Virus record (IMG/VR): IMGVR_UViG_3300047565_000101
Span: 1-64,000 of that record
DNA length: 64,000 nt
Reading direction: 5' to 3' (one strand)
From: a virus
Lineage: Duplodnaviria; Caudoviricetes
How positions within the stretch are numbered: position 1 is the first letter of the stretch; the number at the start of each line of letters is the position of its first letter. Below the pieces are notes generated by a model. The model did no database searches and was not told where the DNA came from. It saw only the letters and a list, made by a program, of their open reading frames with translations. Positions 24,759 to 35,079 of this stretch are shown here, one piece after another. The translations under genes were made by a program, and so were the position numbers.

Positions 24759-25108
24759 TATGAGTTATATCTGACTACGTATTTCAAGCTGTCTACCAGT
24801 CGATCCAACGATTCCTTTACTGAATAATAAACATTCTTTTTATTGTTATTAACCGTTCCAGCCTTATCCTTTGCAATAGTAGAATATACTGAGGCAAGTA
24901 CAGCAAACTTGGTTGACATTGCCTGCAACTCAATGATCAAAGTAGGTGCCTTTGCAGATGGGACATCTGGATTCATTAACAATTTTACCACAATTGCCAA
25001 TGCTCTGTCTAGGTGCTCATCATTCATGAACTCATGAAGGTCATTAAATTCTGTTATATCACTAATCAGCTCTAGGGTATTCTTTGACTCAACCTTATTG
25101 TCTGTCAT
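24758..25108 (-). CDS. Hypothetical helical protein
   Basis: ORF track. Confidence 0.7.
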   Translation of the reverse strand: MTDNKVESKNTLELISDITEFNDLHEFMNDEHLDRALAIVVKLLMNPDVPSAKAPTLIIELQAMSTKFAVLASVYSTIAKDKAGTVNNNKKNVYYSVKESLDRLVDSLKYVVRYNS

Positions 25109-25199
25109 TCTTCATCTCCTTGTCTATTTTAGTAACATAATGCTCCACTGCTATGCCTATAAAGTATCCCATAAGCAATCCAAATGAAAACTCAGCCAT
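25095..25199 (-). CDS. 34-aa membrane peptide
   Basis: MAEFSFGLLMGYFIGIAVEHY; GGAGG RBS. Confidence 0.5.
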   Translation of the reverse strand: MAEFSFGLLMGYFIGIAVEHYVTKIDKEMKNDRQ

Positions 25200-25497
25200 G
25201 ATTTTCCTCCCAAAATTCAATCAGTTCTTCTAGAACTGCCCATTCAATTATGCCAAGGCGGACCTTGGACTCTGTACCAATAATAATTTTTAAAGACGGA
25301 TGCATATCTCTGCTTACCCTAAATGTATCTGTACAGATCTTAGCCCACACATCTTTATTTAAAGTAAATGATTTAGAGGCCTCCTTATAATCTACAAGGA
25401 ACTGCTTCCACTTTGCATCACCCTTTTGATATTCACCACGACCAGAATTTTTCTGAGCCTTAGCGCCATCACGTTTAATCTCTGCTCTTTCAGACAT
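25192..25497 (-). CDS. PD-(D/E)xK Holliday junction resolvase-like nuclease
   Basis: NSGRG..KGDA....LVDYK. Confidence 0.65.
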   Translation of the reverse strand: MSERAEIKRDGAKAQKNSGRGEYQKGDAKWKQFLVDYKEASKSFTLNKDVWAKICTDTFRVSRDMHPSLKIIIGTESKVRLGIIEWAVLEELIEFWEENHG

Positions 25498-25685
25498 TAT
25501 CCAACCTTAAGCTGGCTATCGTGTCCATCTGGACATTTCCAAGAAAGGATCAATGATGAAGGATCCCAAAATGCCTCTTCAGCATTCTTATCACACTTCG
25601 AGCATGGCTTCATACCACTAATCTTTTCAAGGTCATCCTTACGCATAATCTCTGGCTTATCAAAAAACTCATTAAGATTTGGCAT
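25497..25685 (-). CDS. Small zinc-ribbon protein
   Basis: CSKC...WKCPDGH. Confidence 0.65.
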   Translation of the reverse strand: MPNLNEFFDKPEIMRKDDLEKISGMKPCSKCDKNAEEAFWDPSSLILSWKCPDGHDSQLKVG

Positions 25686-26676
25686 CAATTTCTCCAATCA
25701 ACTTTTCTACTACATCTGGGTTATCACGAAGATACTGTACTGCTTTTGCACGACCCTGGAATCTCTCTCCATTAACCGTATACCATGCGCCACCCTTTTC
25801 AATAATGCCACACATTTCTGCAACATCTAGGGTCTCTCCGACTCTATCTACACCAAGGGTTTCACCCTGATAATAGAAGTCATACTGTCCAGTTAGATTA
25901 GGAGGCCCAAGCTTATTGTAATCAATAATCCAGTTTACTGGTCTACCGACTCTTTGCTCGATGATCTTATCTCCAACCTTAACGCCAGCCTTAATAGCAT
26001 TTGCCTCAGCTTCGCTAGACCAAAGCTTGATGACTGTAGACGAGAAAAATTTAACCGCCATGCCACCCGTTGGAATATGACTTGCATGCATACTGCCAAA
26101 TTGATTGCGTTGCTGAGAGATAAGAACAAGAAGCGTGTTTTTATTTGCGTAGTTAAGCATCTTAACTGCATGTGTCATATCCTTTGCTTCTGCACCAATT
26201 TGCTTGGTGTCTTGTAAATCCTTTAACTCATTTCCATCTTTTTCAAAATAAATTGCTGGTAGTAGAGCTGAAATGGAATCAACAACAATGATATCCACAC
26301 CAGCATCCATTAGCTTTGTAGCCACATCAACCATATCGTTGATTGTCTTTGCTGGTGAGTGGATCAACGCAGTTGAATCTACTCCTAAAGTTTCAGCCCA
26401 AGCTGGATCGTATGAATCTTCTGCATCAATCCATGCACAAGTCTTTCCCTCTTTCTGGGCTAAAGCTATCATCTGAAGGCAGAAAGAAGACTTACCAGCA
26501 GACTTGTTTCCCCATATCAATGCTTGTCTTCCATAACCAAGACCACCCTTTAAGGCCATATTAAGACCAATACTTGGTGTTGCCTGTCTATCAACCTTAA
26601 CATCCTGTGCTGACTGTACTCTTTGTCTTGTTTTTGGATCTAACTTTGATAAAATATTATCAATATCTATTGTCAT
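25672..26676 (-). CDS. recA: RecA-family recombinase
   Basis: GNKSAGKS, WIDAE, IVVDSISAL, GGMAVKFFSS, KGGAWY. Confidence 0.95.
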   Translation of the reverse strand: MTIDIDNILSKLDPKTRQRVQSAQDVKVDRQATPSIGLNMALKGGLGYGRQALIWGNKSAGKSSFCLQMIALAQKEGKTCAWIDAEDSYDPAWAETLGVDSTALIHSPAKTINDMVDVATKLMDAGVDIIVVDSISALLPAIYFEKDGNELKDLQDTKQIGAEAKDMTHAVKMLNYANKNTLLVLISQQRNQFGSMHASHIPTGGMAVKFFSSTVIKLWSSEAEANAIKAGVKVGDKIIEQRVGRPVNWIIDYNKLGPPNLTGQYDFYYQGETLGVDRVGETLDVAEMCGIIEKGGAWYTVNGERFQGRAKAVQYLRDNPDVVEKLIGEIDAKS

Positions 26677-26706
26677 TGTTACTCTCTCTTTTGTATTAGT
26701 ATAGCA

Positions 26707-27054
26707 TTAAAACAGGTTGCCGTGAAGCTTTGGTCGATCTTTATTTATATTCATTTTCTTTTGGAAGACTTCATCAAGGCTGTGAGTAATTTCATTTTGA
26801 TTTCTCATAGCAGCATAAATATCTAGCAGTCTGATAATTACATCAGCCATCTCTTCCACAACCTCTTCAGAGCCCTTGTTCTTTCTAATTGCTTCAAGCA
26901 CTTCTGTAACTTCTGAGTGGACTAGGGCTAGCTTATTGCCGATCTTATCATAAGAATACTCACCGTCCCAGAATCCCTTTTCAACTGCTGTTTCATGAAG
27001 GACTGCTGCGAGAGCATCCATTCCATAGTCTGTAACTAAATCAAATGAGCTCAT
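26707..27054 (-). CDS. MazG-like NTP pyrophosphohydrolase
   Basis: LALVHSEVTEVLEA...EEMADVIIRLLD...KMNINKDRP. Confidence 0.82.
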   Translation of the reverse strand: MSSFDLVTDYGMDALAAVLHETAVEKGFWDGEYSYDKIGNKLALVHSEVTEVLEAIRKNKGSEEVVEEMADVIIRLLDIYAAMRNQNEITHSLDEVFQKKMNINKDRPKLHGNLF

Positions 27055-27055
27055 A

Positions 27056-27238
27056 TTAATTCCTAACGCTAAATGTAAATGTCGAAGCATCTTCGTTGTA
27101 ATCAACAATTAGCTCTTTGTCATCTACCTCTGCATTTAGCACAGTAGCAACATCTACAGCAATCTTACCTTGACTCTCAAGAATTGCAATCAAAACTCTA
27201 TTTAGGCTTAATGAAGCCATTACATCATTCTCGTTCAC
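27056..27238 (-). CDS. Hypothetical protein
   Basis: ORF track; AAGGAG RBS. Confidence 0.65.
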   Translation of the reverse strand: MNENDVMASLSLNRVLIAILESQGKIAVDVATVLNAEVDDKELIVDYNEDASTFTFSVRN

Positions 27239-30200
27239 TTTATCTCCTTTATCATTAATGTTCCATCATCTAGTTTAGATAGAACTACCTTTGCCTTCAT
27301 GCCATCTCTCATTTTAGCCAACGCTATTTTATATAGTGTTGGGAATGCGATAGCTCTTGTTAAATTTTTGTCTCTATCTGACATAACGATGTGAGCCATC
27401 ATCTTGCCAGCCTTTGTCTTATATGGTGTGAAGTTTACCACAATGACCTCATCTTCTTCAAGGTCATACTCTTTCCTGTAAAGATAATCAACAAACATGT
27501 CTGCTGATTTTGGATCAACATCCTTTACATTGATATACCTTGCAATACGATTATCACCAACAAGAATAAAGTACATCTGATTTGCTTCAATCTGGGTGTC
27601 TTCATGGTGGAATAGTCCAATAGAACCAGTTTCATCAACAAGCTCTACTCTAGCCCACCCTGTTCCACGCTTAATAGACTTAACCATTCCAAACATTGGG
27701 AATGAGCCTAGATCATCAAAGTCTTCAATTGGTCTAGCCTGAGCTTTAATTCTTGGCGGGATTCCCTCTAGATTAAATGTTGGAATTCCCAAGAACTCAT
27801 AGAAGTTATCCTTTTCGTTTCCATTTCTAGGGTTATCGTCGAACGCAGCTGCTCCAATAGAATTAAGAGCATCGATAGCTCTACTATTTATACCGCTTCC
27901 CTTTTTAGAAGCCTTTGCTATAAGGTCTGCATAATCCTTGAATGGTCTATGATCCATAATTTTATTCGCAATATTATCTGAGATGAATTTAATTTCAGCC
28001 AGACCAAATCGAATAGAATCTTTTTGTAACGAGAAGTAAACATCAGACTCATTGACATGCGGAAGCATAATACGAAGCCCAAGACGCTTTGCCTCAATTA
28101 GGTATTCTGTTCTAGCATCCTTATCGCCTTCATTCTTAAGAATTGAAAACATGAATTCAAGAGGGTAATAAGTCTTAAGCCAAGCAGTATAATAAGAAAG
28201 CATGGAGTAAGCAACAGCATGAGAGCGGTTAAAAGAATACCCAGCATGCGCCTCAAAGTCATGCCAAAGCTCCTCTGCCTTTTTCTTATCAATGTGCTTT
28301 GAAGCCCCATCAATAAACTGATCTTTGAACTGGTCGAACTCTTTTGCATCTTTCTTTTTACCAATGATCTTACGCACCTTATCGGCTTCAGACCAAGACA
28401 TTCCTCCTAAGTGTACGCAGGCTTGCATAACCTGCTCCTGATAAATGATAACACCATATGTGTTTTCTGTAAAAGGCTTTAGGATCTGATGCGTATACTC
28501 AACAGCTTCATTGCCTTGTTTTCTATTAATATAAGCAGCACCAACTGTATTCATAGCTCCTGGTCTAACTAGAGCATTCGATGCGGCGAGGTCTTCAAAT
28601 TTATCTACACCCATCTTCATAAGAAGATTTGTATACGGTGTGGCTTCTGCCTGGAATACACCCTTTGTGTATCCCTCAGAAAGCATTTGATAAACCTTTG
28701 AATCATCAAGTGGCAGGGAAGAAAGATCTATGTCTTTGCCGTGTCTCTTGCTAATAGATGTTAGCGTGTCTGAGATAACTGATAGGGTCTTAAGTCCAAG
28801 GGCATCAAGCTTAATAAGCCCAATGTCTGCTACTGTATCCATATCGTATGCCACTACTGGAATTCTTCCAGAGACTTTATCCTGTGCATCTTCTCTAGAC
28901 TCTACTGGTGCATAGTTTCGAATATCGTCTTTTGCAACAACAACGCCAGCAGCATGCACACCAACAGAACGAATTCGTCCACGCAGGCGCTCAGCTAGCC
29001 ATACAACTTCTGGGTAGCGCTCTCTAAAGTCTTTTGTATTTGGGGAAGACAAGAAGTCCTCAAAGGTATCAATCTGCTTTGTTGCACGATTAACTTCTTG
29101 AAGTGGGACCATAAATACACGGGCAGCATCACGGATAACACCCTTATCTTTAAAATAAGTATATGTTGAAATAGATGCAACGTGCTTAAACTTCTTCTTA
29201 AGGTATTCCTTTACCTCTTTACGTCGTCTATCCTCAAAGTCAGTATCAATATCGGGGAAGTCATTACGCTCTGGATTAATAAATCTAAAGAATAGCAGGT
29301 CATATTTAATTGGGTCAACATCAGTGATTCCAAGGGAATAGCATACCAATGAGCCTGCTGCAGATCCACGACCTGGACCAACCTTAATTCCCTCATTCTT
29401 TGCCCAGTTAATCATATCTCCAACAACTAGGAAGTAGGAAGCAAAGCTCTTATTCTTGATAATCTCTAACTCTTCTTCAAGGCGAGCCTTATAGACCTCA
29501 TCCTGAGCCTTCCCGAGGCGTTCTAAGCCACTTTCAGCCAACTCCCTTAGCTTTTCATCAGCATTGGTCTTAGGGACTGGCAGGAGGTCTAGACCACGGT
29601 TAAAGTCATACTCCTCAACTTTGTCAGCAATCTCCATGGTATTCTCGTAAATATCAGTACGAGTTATGCCAGATTTATTAAAATCAGCCTCAATCTCTGA
29701 GCGTGACTGAATAAATAGATTATAATCCTGAAATGTGATACGTCTATCTGGATACAAGTAATTAAATCGATCCATCATATTCTTCATATTTCTGGACATG
29801 TCGAAGTCTGTCTCTTTATCTGCTTTAGGGGATGTAGACAAAATAAGCAATGCTTCTTCTAGAACTCTATCATCTTCTTTAGCAAAGTGAGCATCTCCTG
29901 TTGCCACCGCCTTGATTCCAAGATCATCAGCAAGCTCAAGAAGCTTCGAATTTATTTCTTGTGGATTGTGTGACTGAACCTCAACATAAAAATCTTCACC
30001 GAAATTCTTCTGAAAATCCTTGAGAACCATCTTAGCTTCAGAGAATTCGCCCCTTTCGATAGCCTTAGAAATAAGACCATTAAGGCATCCAGAAAGGACA
30101 ATGATACCTTCTTTATATTCATTTAAAATCTCCCTGTCAATTCTTGGCTTATGATAAAAGCCCTCATTCCATGCAAGCTCTTGCAATGAATTAATGTTTG

Positions 30201-30504
30201 CGAGACCCTTTGCATTCTTTGCCAATAAAATAATATGGTTATAGGCCTGGATAGACTTATCTGTCTTAGAAGATCTATCAAATCTATCTGTTGGTGATAT
30301 GTATGCTTCTACCCCAAGGATTGGCTTAATGCCTAATTTCTTTGCAGCAATCTGCATATCTCTATGTGAAGAAAGAGTTCCGTGATCTGTAATAGCAATT
30401 GCTGTTTGTCCAGCATCAAGCGCTGCTTGACATAGCTCTTCTGGTGAATTTAATCCGTCCATGAGGCTATAGTAGCTATGTACGTGAAGATGTGTAAAAC
30501 TCAT
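27235..30504 (-). CDS. dnaE: DNA polymerase III alpha subunit
   Basis: PHP HLHVHS.YS..DG, GRGSAAGSLV, PDIDTDF, HAAGVV, KLDALGL, YSFNRSHA; no intein. Confidence 0.97.
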   Translation of the reverse strand: MSFTHLHVHSYYSLMDGLNSPEELCQAALDAGQTAIAITDHGTLSSHRDMQIAAKKLGIKPILGVEAYISPTDRFDRSSKTDKSIQAYNHIILLAKNAKGLANINSLQELAWNEGFYHKPRIDREILNEYKEGIIVLSGCLNGLISKAIERGEFSEAKMVLKDFQKNFGEDFYVEVQSHNPQEINSKLLELADDLGIKAVATGDAHFAKEDDRVLEEALLILSTSPKADKETDFDMSRNMKNMMDRFNYLYPDRRITFQDYNLFIQSRSEIEADFNKSGITRTDIYENTMEIADKVEEYDFNRGLDLLPVPKTNADEKLRELAESGLERLGKAQDEVYKARLEEELEIIKNKSFASYFLVVGDMINWAKNEGIKVGPGRGSAAGSLVCYSLGITDVDPIKYDLLFFRFINPERNDFPDIDTDFEDRRRKEVKEYLKKKFKHVASISTYTYFKDKGVIRDAARVFMVPLQEVNRATKQIDTFEDFLSSPNTKDFRERYPEVVWLAERLRGRIRSVGVHAAGVVVAKDDIRNYAPVESREDAQDKVSGRIPVVAYDMDTVADIGLIKLDALGLKTLSVISDTLTSISKRHGKDIDLSSLPLDDSKVYQMLSEGYTKGVFQAEATPYTNLLMKMGVDKFEDLAASNALVRPGAMNTVGAAYINRKQGNEAVEYTHQILKPFTENTYGVIIYQEQVMQACVHLGGMSWSEADKVRKIIGKKKDAKEFDQFKDQFIDGASKHIDKKKAEELWHDFEAHAGYSFNRSHAVAYSMLSYYTAWLKTYYPLEFMFSILKNEGDKDARTEYLIEAKRLGLRIMLPHVNESDVYFSLQKDSIRFGLAEIKFISDNIANKIMDHRPFKDYADLIAKASKKGSGINSRAIDALNSIGAAAFDDNPRNGNEKDNFYEFLGIPTFNLEGIPPRIKAQARPIEDFDDLGSFPMFGMVKSIKRGTGWARVELVDETGSIGLFHHEDTQIEANQMYFILVGDNRIARYINVKDVDPKSADMFVDYLYRKEYDLEEDEVIVVNFTPYKTKAGKMMAHIVMSDRDKNLTRAIAFPTLYKIALAKMRDGMKAKVVLSKLDDGTLMIKEIK

Positions 30505-30710
30505 TAGTATCCGCCTAAACATATATTTCGTGTATGGTATAGTCTACTCTTTACCATATCTTTCTTACTTGGAGCATATAGCTTTTCGTCACATGTAGAA
30601 CATGTAAAGCTCCATTCTTGACCAAAGAAGTCATAGAGCATTCCCTTAAAGTTCTTGTACTTCCGCTCAACAAACTGGTCAAATGGATCAGGTATCTCGT
30701 ATGAAATCAT
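30504..30710 (-). CDS. Small Zn-binding hypothetical protein (leaderless)
   Basis: CSTC...H....C. Confidence 0.65.
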   Translation of the reverse strand: MISYEIPDPFDQFVERKYKNFKGMLYDFFGQEWSFTCSTCDEKLYAPSKKDMVKSRLYHTRNICLGGY

Positions 30711-30733
30711 GTCGATATTCTACTAAATAGAAA

Positions 30734-30757
30734 GGGGCTAGTCAATAGACTAGCCCC
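30734..30757 (-). terminator. Terminator overlapping the -35 of the next promoter
   Basis: GGGGCTAGTC-TATT-GACTAGCCCC-TTT; TTGACT-N17-TAGAAT. Confidence 0.8.
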
Positions 30758-30769
30758 ACCTATTTTAAA

Positions 30770-31444
30770 TCACCAGTCTAGGTTGCTGCTGGTAGCTGAG
30801 GATGCTTCCTCTGCGTTGCCGTTATCTCCAGCAAAGAATGCCTCTTGCTCTGAGTACGGAAGATCTCGAACAGCTGACTCTTCAAGCTTGTAGAGCTCGA
30901 TGCCTGCATAATCAAAATCCTTTTCATCCTTCTGAAGCGGGATGATTGTGTAGCTTGTATCGGTCTTTAGACCAGTACGCTTAATACGCCACATAAGATT
31001 TGAGATGCTTCCCATTTCTCCTGCGTATTCAATAAGTGTTGGTGTAACTGTCTTACCGCTGTGACCCTGTGAAAGGATTGCTACATAAGGATCTTCCTTC
31101 CCGTCTTCAACTAATACGTTAATATAAAGTCGTGACTTGCCCTTCCAGCCAGCCTTAAAGTCCTTGCGATGCTGCTCGCAGCCAAAACACTTGCCCTGAT
31201 CGTCCATAGAGCAAAGAGCCTTACGACGATAATCTGCTGGATTTGTGTGTTCTACTGCAATGAATCCGAGACCATTTGCCTCGTTGTAATGTGGTGAATC
31301 AGGATCTAGCTCCTGTAGGAAGCGAATCTTTACGCTCTCACCATCTTCAATCTTAAGCCAACGTGCCTTTGTGCCGTCGCCTTCTGTATATGTAGGCTTG
31401 TCTAATGCCTTGTTTAAATTACTTAAACCTTTAACGATACCCAT
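30770..31444 (-). CDS. Single-stranded DNA-binding protein (gp32-like)
   Basis: IRFLQE, H...C....C..C, IKRTG..TDTSYTI, acidic tail ending LDW; AAGGAG RBS. Confidence 0.75.
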   Translation of the reverse strand: MGIVKGLSNLNKALDKPTYTEGDGTKARWLKIEDGESVKIRFLQELDPDSPHYNEANGLGFIAVEHTNPADYRRKALCSMDDQGKCFGCEQHRKDFKAGWKGKSRLYINVLVEDGKEDPYVAILSQGHSGKTVTPTLIEYAGEMGSISNLMWRIKRTGLKTDTSYTIIPLQKDEKDFDYAGIELYKLEESAVRDLPYSEQEAFFAGDNGNAEEASSATSSNLDW

Positions 31445-31493
31445 TATTTCTCCTTTATAGTGATGGTATAGATCCATCTGTATTTCTATTATA

Positions 31494-32489
31494 TCATAAC
31501 CAGGAACGGTACTCAATATCTGAAATTGCATTCTTTATGCATTGTGTAATTTCAGCATCTGTCATATCGCCCACATCTTTTGCATCATGAGGATACACAA
31601 CCTTATATTCGTGTGATGCCCACATAATTTCTTTACCACGAAGTCGTGATATTATTTCTTTACCTAGCTCTCTGCCAGCCTTGTCAGCATCAGTCATAAT
31701 TGTAATCTTATTGAAATATCTATTCAATAGCTTAATATGATCTTGTGATACATGACCACCTAGAGTTGCCACAACATTTGGAAACCCAGCCTGATGTACA
31801 CGAATTGCATCAAAGTTAGACTCAACAACAATTACATGATTACCAATTCTCTTGGCACGATGAATATTAAATAGAGTCTTATTCTTTGGTAAATTGGTGC
31901 TGTTCTTAAATGACTTACCCTCAATAGATCTTCCGACAATTCCAACTGGTGTTCCATCTGGGGCATGAACTGGTGTAACAACCATACCCATTGCATTTGA
32001 ATAGCCAAGGTTAAAGTGTTTCATAGACTCTAGATTAATGCCTCTAGACTCTAGATAATCCCTAGCGCTTTTATTACCAGCTAAATCAGCATGCAGTCTA
32101 TCGAGTGTATCCTGTGGGAATTCTTCAAACTCTGGCTTGTCCTCCATTAAGTCTTTTAATGCTTCATCAAATGCGTCTACCTTTGCAGACTCGTAGCCAG
32201 CAATATACCTTAATGCCTGAAAATCATTCTTTTGCAAGACACGCTTTACTAGGTCTAATAGTGTCCCTGATTCAGCGCATGAAGGATTAAAGCAGATCCA
32301 TGCGCCAGACTCAAGGTTAATGCTGCAGCTTGGGCTATGTGTATTTGAATGAAATGGACAAAAGAATGACATCTCATGGTTAGCCTCATGACTAATATTA
32401 AGTCCAAGCGATCTAACTACTGATCGTGTGTGACCTTGGGTGTACTGCGTGGAACTAGCTTCCCTTGTGTTATACCCTCGTATTCCCAT
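31494..32489 (-). CDS. dnaG: DNA primase (Zn finger plus TOPRIM)
   Basis: CPFH....PS....CF...C; VVESNFDA; DADKAG. Confidence 0.9.
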   Translation of the reverse strand: MGIRGYNTREASSTQYTQGHTRSVVRSLGLNISHEANHEMSFFCPFHSNTHSPSCSINLESGAWICFNPSCAESGTLLDLVKRVLQKNDFQALRYIAGYESAKVDAFDEALKDLMEDKPEFEEFPQDTLDRLHADLAGNKSARDYLESRGINLESMKHFNLGYSNAMGMVVTPVHAPDGTPVGIVGRSIEGKSFKNSTNLPKNKTLFNIHRAKRIGNHVIVVESNFDAIRVHQAGFPNVVATLGGHVSQDHIKLLNRYFNKITIMTDADKAGRELGKEIISRLRGKEIMWASHEYKVVYPHDAKDVGDMTDAEITQCIKNAISDIEYRSWL

Positions 32490-32722
32490 GCCTTCTTCTT
32501 TCCTACGTATATGGCGTAAATGCCTAATTCAAAAAACCATTTATTGTCTTTATGATTGTACTCTGTTATCCAGATTGGGTCAAGGTCTAATACCTTTAAG
32601 TATCCCGCATCTCTTATTTGATGTTCAATTGTATTTGTCGCTGCTACTCTTGCCAGTAAAGCATATGAGTCATCTACGAATTCCCCCTCTAAAACAAAAG
32701 GCTTAATTACCTTTGTCGTCAT
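32417..32722 (-). CDS. Hypothetical protein
   Basis: ORF between helicase and primase. Confidence 0.65.
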   Translation of the reverse strand: MTTKVIKPFVLEGEFVDDSYALLARVAATNTIEHQIRDAGYLKVLDLDPIWITEYNHKDNKWFFELGIYAIYVGKKKAWEYEGITQGKLVPRSTPKVTHDQ

Positions 32723-33947
32723 TTTGGAATGGGTTTTCATAAATCTCCTTTACAACACCTCTGTTAATATCCCAATCAAGATAAACTGCAAACTCTGATC
32801 CATGTCGGTTCTTGCGTGAAACAACCTCAATCATATTTGTTCCAGTATACTTATGAACAGCAATAGCCATATCAGCATCATACTCAATTGCCTTAGACCA
32901 TGCAACCTGAGATAGCATTGGTGGAGCATCTTGATCTGTAACATCATCCATGGTTGCTGCAGTAATATCAATTACTGGAATATTATTACTCATAGCAAGC
33001 ATCTTAAACTCACGTGAGATATTCATGTTTCTTTCAGTAGCGCCACCGCTTCGCTTTGTATCTGAGAACAGCTGGTGATAGTCAAGAATAACTAGGTCTG
33101 GCTTATGCTGGTCAATCTTTGCCTGTACTGTATTTGCACTGACTTCACCCATACCTTCGTTTGATACAAGAATAAATCCATTCTTGTTCTCGAACTTCTT
33201 ATTTCCCCATGACTTCAAGTCATCAATATTAATGTCACCCTTAGCAAAGTCACTTGCCTTAAATAGACCAGAGCCCATCATGGTATATATACGGTTACGC
33301 ATATCCTCTGGAGACATTTCGAGAGAAATGATCATAGGCTTAAATCCTTGCTCCCATGCCTTACATGCAAGGTACGATGTAAACCAAGTCTTACCACGCC
33401 CTGGCCATCCAATAGCTACGATCAAGTGTCCTGGTGCCATTCCTGTTGGGTATGCCTTATCAATTGCATCAAATCCAGTAAGAATTCCTGGGCTTCCACC
33501 CATTGCTGCTGATCGCTCCTGCAATGCGATAATATGTCTTTCTGCTGCATCAATATCAGTAACATCTACGTCTCTAACATTGCTTGTAAACTTTGCCAAC
33601 TGAGAAAGCTCATACTGCATTTCAGAGATTACTCTAGATGCAGCATTTTCTTTAATAGCAGAACCGCTTTGAAGGATAATATTCTTCAGGCGAGATGTAA
33701 GAAATTCATTCTTAAGTTTATCTAAGTAGTAGCCAGTCTCAGCCTTTGTATCTACTGGATCAAAGTCTTTAAAGCGCTCCATAAGAACGCCAACTTCTGG
33801 TACAGCCTTAAACTTATAGTAGTAAGCCTTTAATGAATCCCAGATATCCTTATGCGATGTAAATAGGTCATCAACGCTTCCAGCTAATAGTGTGCTGATA
33901 TCCTTGTTCTTGCATACGGATGATATTAGTTCCGCCTCTGTATTCAT
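32703..33947 (-). CDS. dnaB: DnaB-like replicative helicase
   Basis: GWPGRGKT, SLEM, ILDYHQL, IEYDAD, KNRHG. Confidence 0.93.
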   Translation of the reverse strand: MNTEAELISSVCKNKDISTLLAGSVDDLFTSHKDIWDSLKAYYYKFKAVPEVGVLMERFKDFDPVDTKAETGYYLDKLKNEFLTSRLKNIILQSGSAIKENAASRVISEMQYELSQLAKFTSNVRDVDVTDIDAAERHIIALQERSAAMGGSPGILTGFDAIDKAYPTGMAPGHLIVAIGWPGRGKTWFTSYLACKAWEQGFKPMIISLEMSPEDMRNRIYTMMGSGLFKASDFAKGDINIDDLKSWGNKKFENKNGFILVSNEGMGEVSANTVQAKIDQHKPDLVILDYHQLFSDTKRSGGATERNMNISREFKMLAMSNNIPVIDITAATMDDVTDQDAPPMLSQVAWSKAIEYDADMAIAVHKYTGTNMIEVVSRKNRHGSEFAVYLDWDINRGVVKEIYENPFQNDDKGN

Positions 33948-34267
33948 TATTCTCCGCCTTCAACTAATAGTTTGGTCGCTTCCATTAACTTGCGACGCTT
34001 TTCCTTATCCTTCAACTGCTCTTTACGCATGGTGTCTAGCTTATCAAAATTGTAAAGAAAAAACAAGAGGGGATGATTTGATTTAGATGTCTTAAAGTAA
34101 TACTCTAAAAGATCCATCCCTGTTTCAAAACCAACGCTATCTATAACATCCTGCATAGCCATCTTGTCTCTGAATTTATTTACAGTAACATTACGGTTAT
34201 ACTTTTGCTTATATAGCTCCTGGTATTTCCACAGCATAATATATGCCTCTTGATTTTTACTTGCCAC
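33947..34267 (-). CDS. Hypothetical protein upstream of helicase
   Basis: ORF track; GTG start inferred. Confidence 0.65.
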   Translation of the reverse strand: MASKNQEAYIMLWKYQELYKQKYNRNVTVNKFRDKMAMQDVIDSVGFETGMDLLEYYFKTSKSNHPLLFFLYNFDKLDTMRKEQLKDKEKRRKLMEATKLLVEGGE

Positions 34268-34463
34268 TCTTAAGCTCTTCCTCAACCTCTTGTGTCTTCT
34301 GGATGAGCTTATTTTCTACAAACTTGTATACACGCTCAGTTGCAGAGTCTGTTGTCTCTCCATCACGCACAAAGTCTTCAATACCGATACCGATCTTGAT
34401 ACTCTCATAGTTACCAAGATTACGAGTAAACGATAGGTCTATCTTTACTTTTGTCTCTGACAT
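34257..34463 (-). CDS. Hypothetical protein
   Basis: TRNLGNYESIKI motif. Confidence 0.7.
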   Translation of the reverse strand: MSETKVKIDLSFTRNLGNYESIKIGIGIEDFVRDGETTDSATERVYKFVENKLIQKTQEVEEELKSGK

Positions 34464-34945
34464 CATTCCGCCTTCCATACTGGTACGAAGTTTCCTTCTT
34501 CTGTTTTAGTATACAATATTAAATTGTTTTTGAGAATAGCTCGAAGCTCTGCTTTAGATGGAACCTCGCTGCTATGGCCTGCATCTAATATAAACTGATG
34601 GATATCAATAATATCAGATTCGCTGAGCATATACTTGTACCACTCAGAATCTGGATCCCCAATTGGATAAACCTTTTGAGGAACCTTTACTTTACCGTCT
34701 AGTATATAGTCTTGTATAGTAACCTTATGTTTATTTAATACTACGCCAGCCTGCTTAATTGTGTAAGCAGCCTCCATGTATTTCTCTACCTGAGCATAAG
34801 AATACAACACTCGCTTTTTATCTGGGTAACACCAGGCAATCAGCTCATCCTTAGCTCTTGAACGACTTATTACTTTATGTACTTTATCGTTTAAGAAGAA
34901 ATAGACAAACTTTTTGCGTGTAGGTTTTCTTTTCCTTCTAGCCAT
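34463..34945 (-). CDS. HTH-containing hypothetical protein
   Basis: YTIKQAGVVLNKHKVTIQDYI. Confidence 0.7.
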   Translation of the reverse strand: MARRKRKPTRKKFVYFFLNDKVHKVISRSRAKDELIAWCYPDKKRVLYSYAQVEKYMEAAYTIKQAGVVLNKHKVTIQDYILDGKVKVPQKVYPIGDPDSEWYKYMLSESDIIDIHQFILDAGHSSEVPSKAELRAILKNNLILYTKTEEGNFVPVWKAE

Positions 34946-35079
34946 AATCCCATCTTACTAGTAGCCTTATTGATCATCCATCTTTTACCACACATAATGC
35001 AAAATAGCTCTATGTGTAAATTTTGAGAAAATACACGGTCTACAAAAACTCTACCGTTGCACTTTAAACAATTCATCAT
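34891..35079 (-). CDS. Zinc-ribbon protein
   Basis: CLKCNG...CIMCG. Confidence 0.7.
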   Translation of the reverse strand: MMNCLKCNGRVFVDRVFSQNLHIELFCIMCGKRWMINKATSKMGLWLEGKENLHAKSLSISS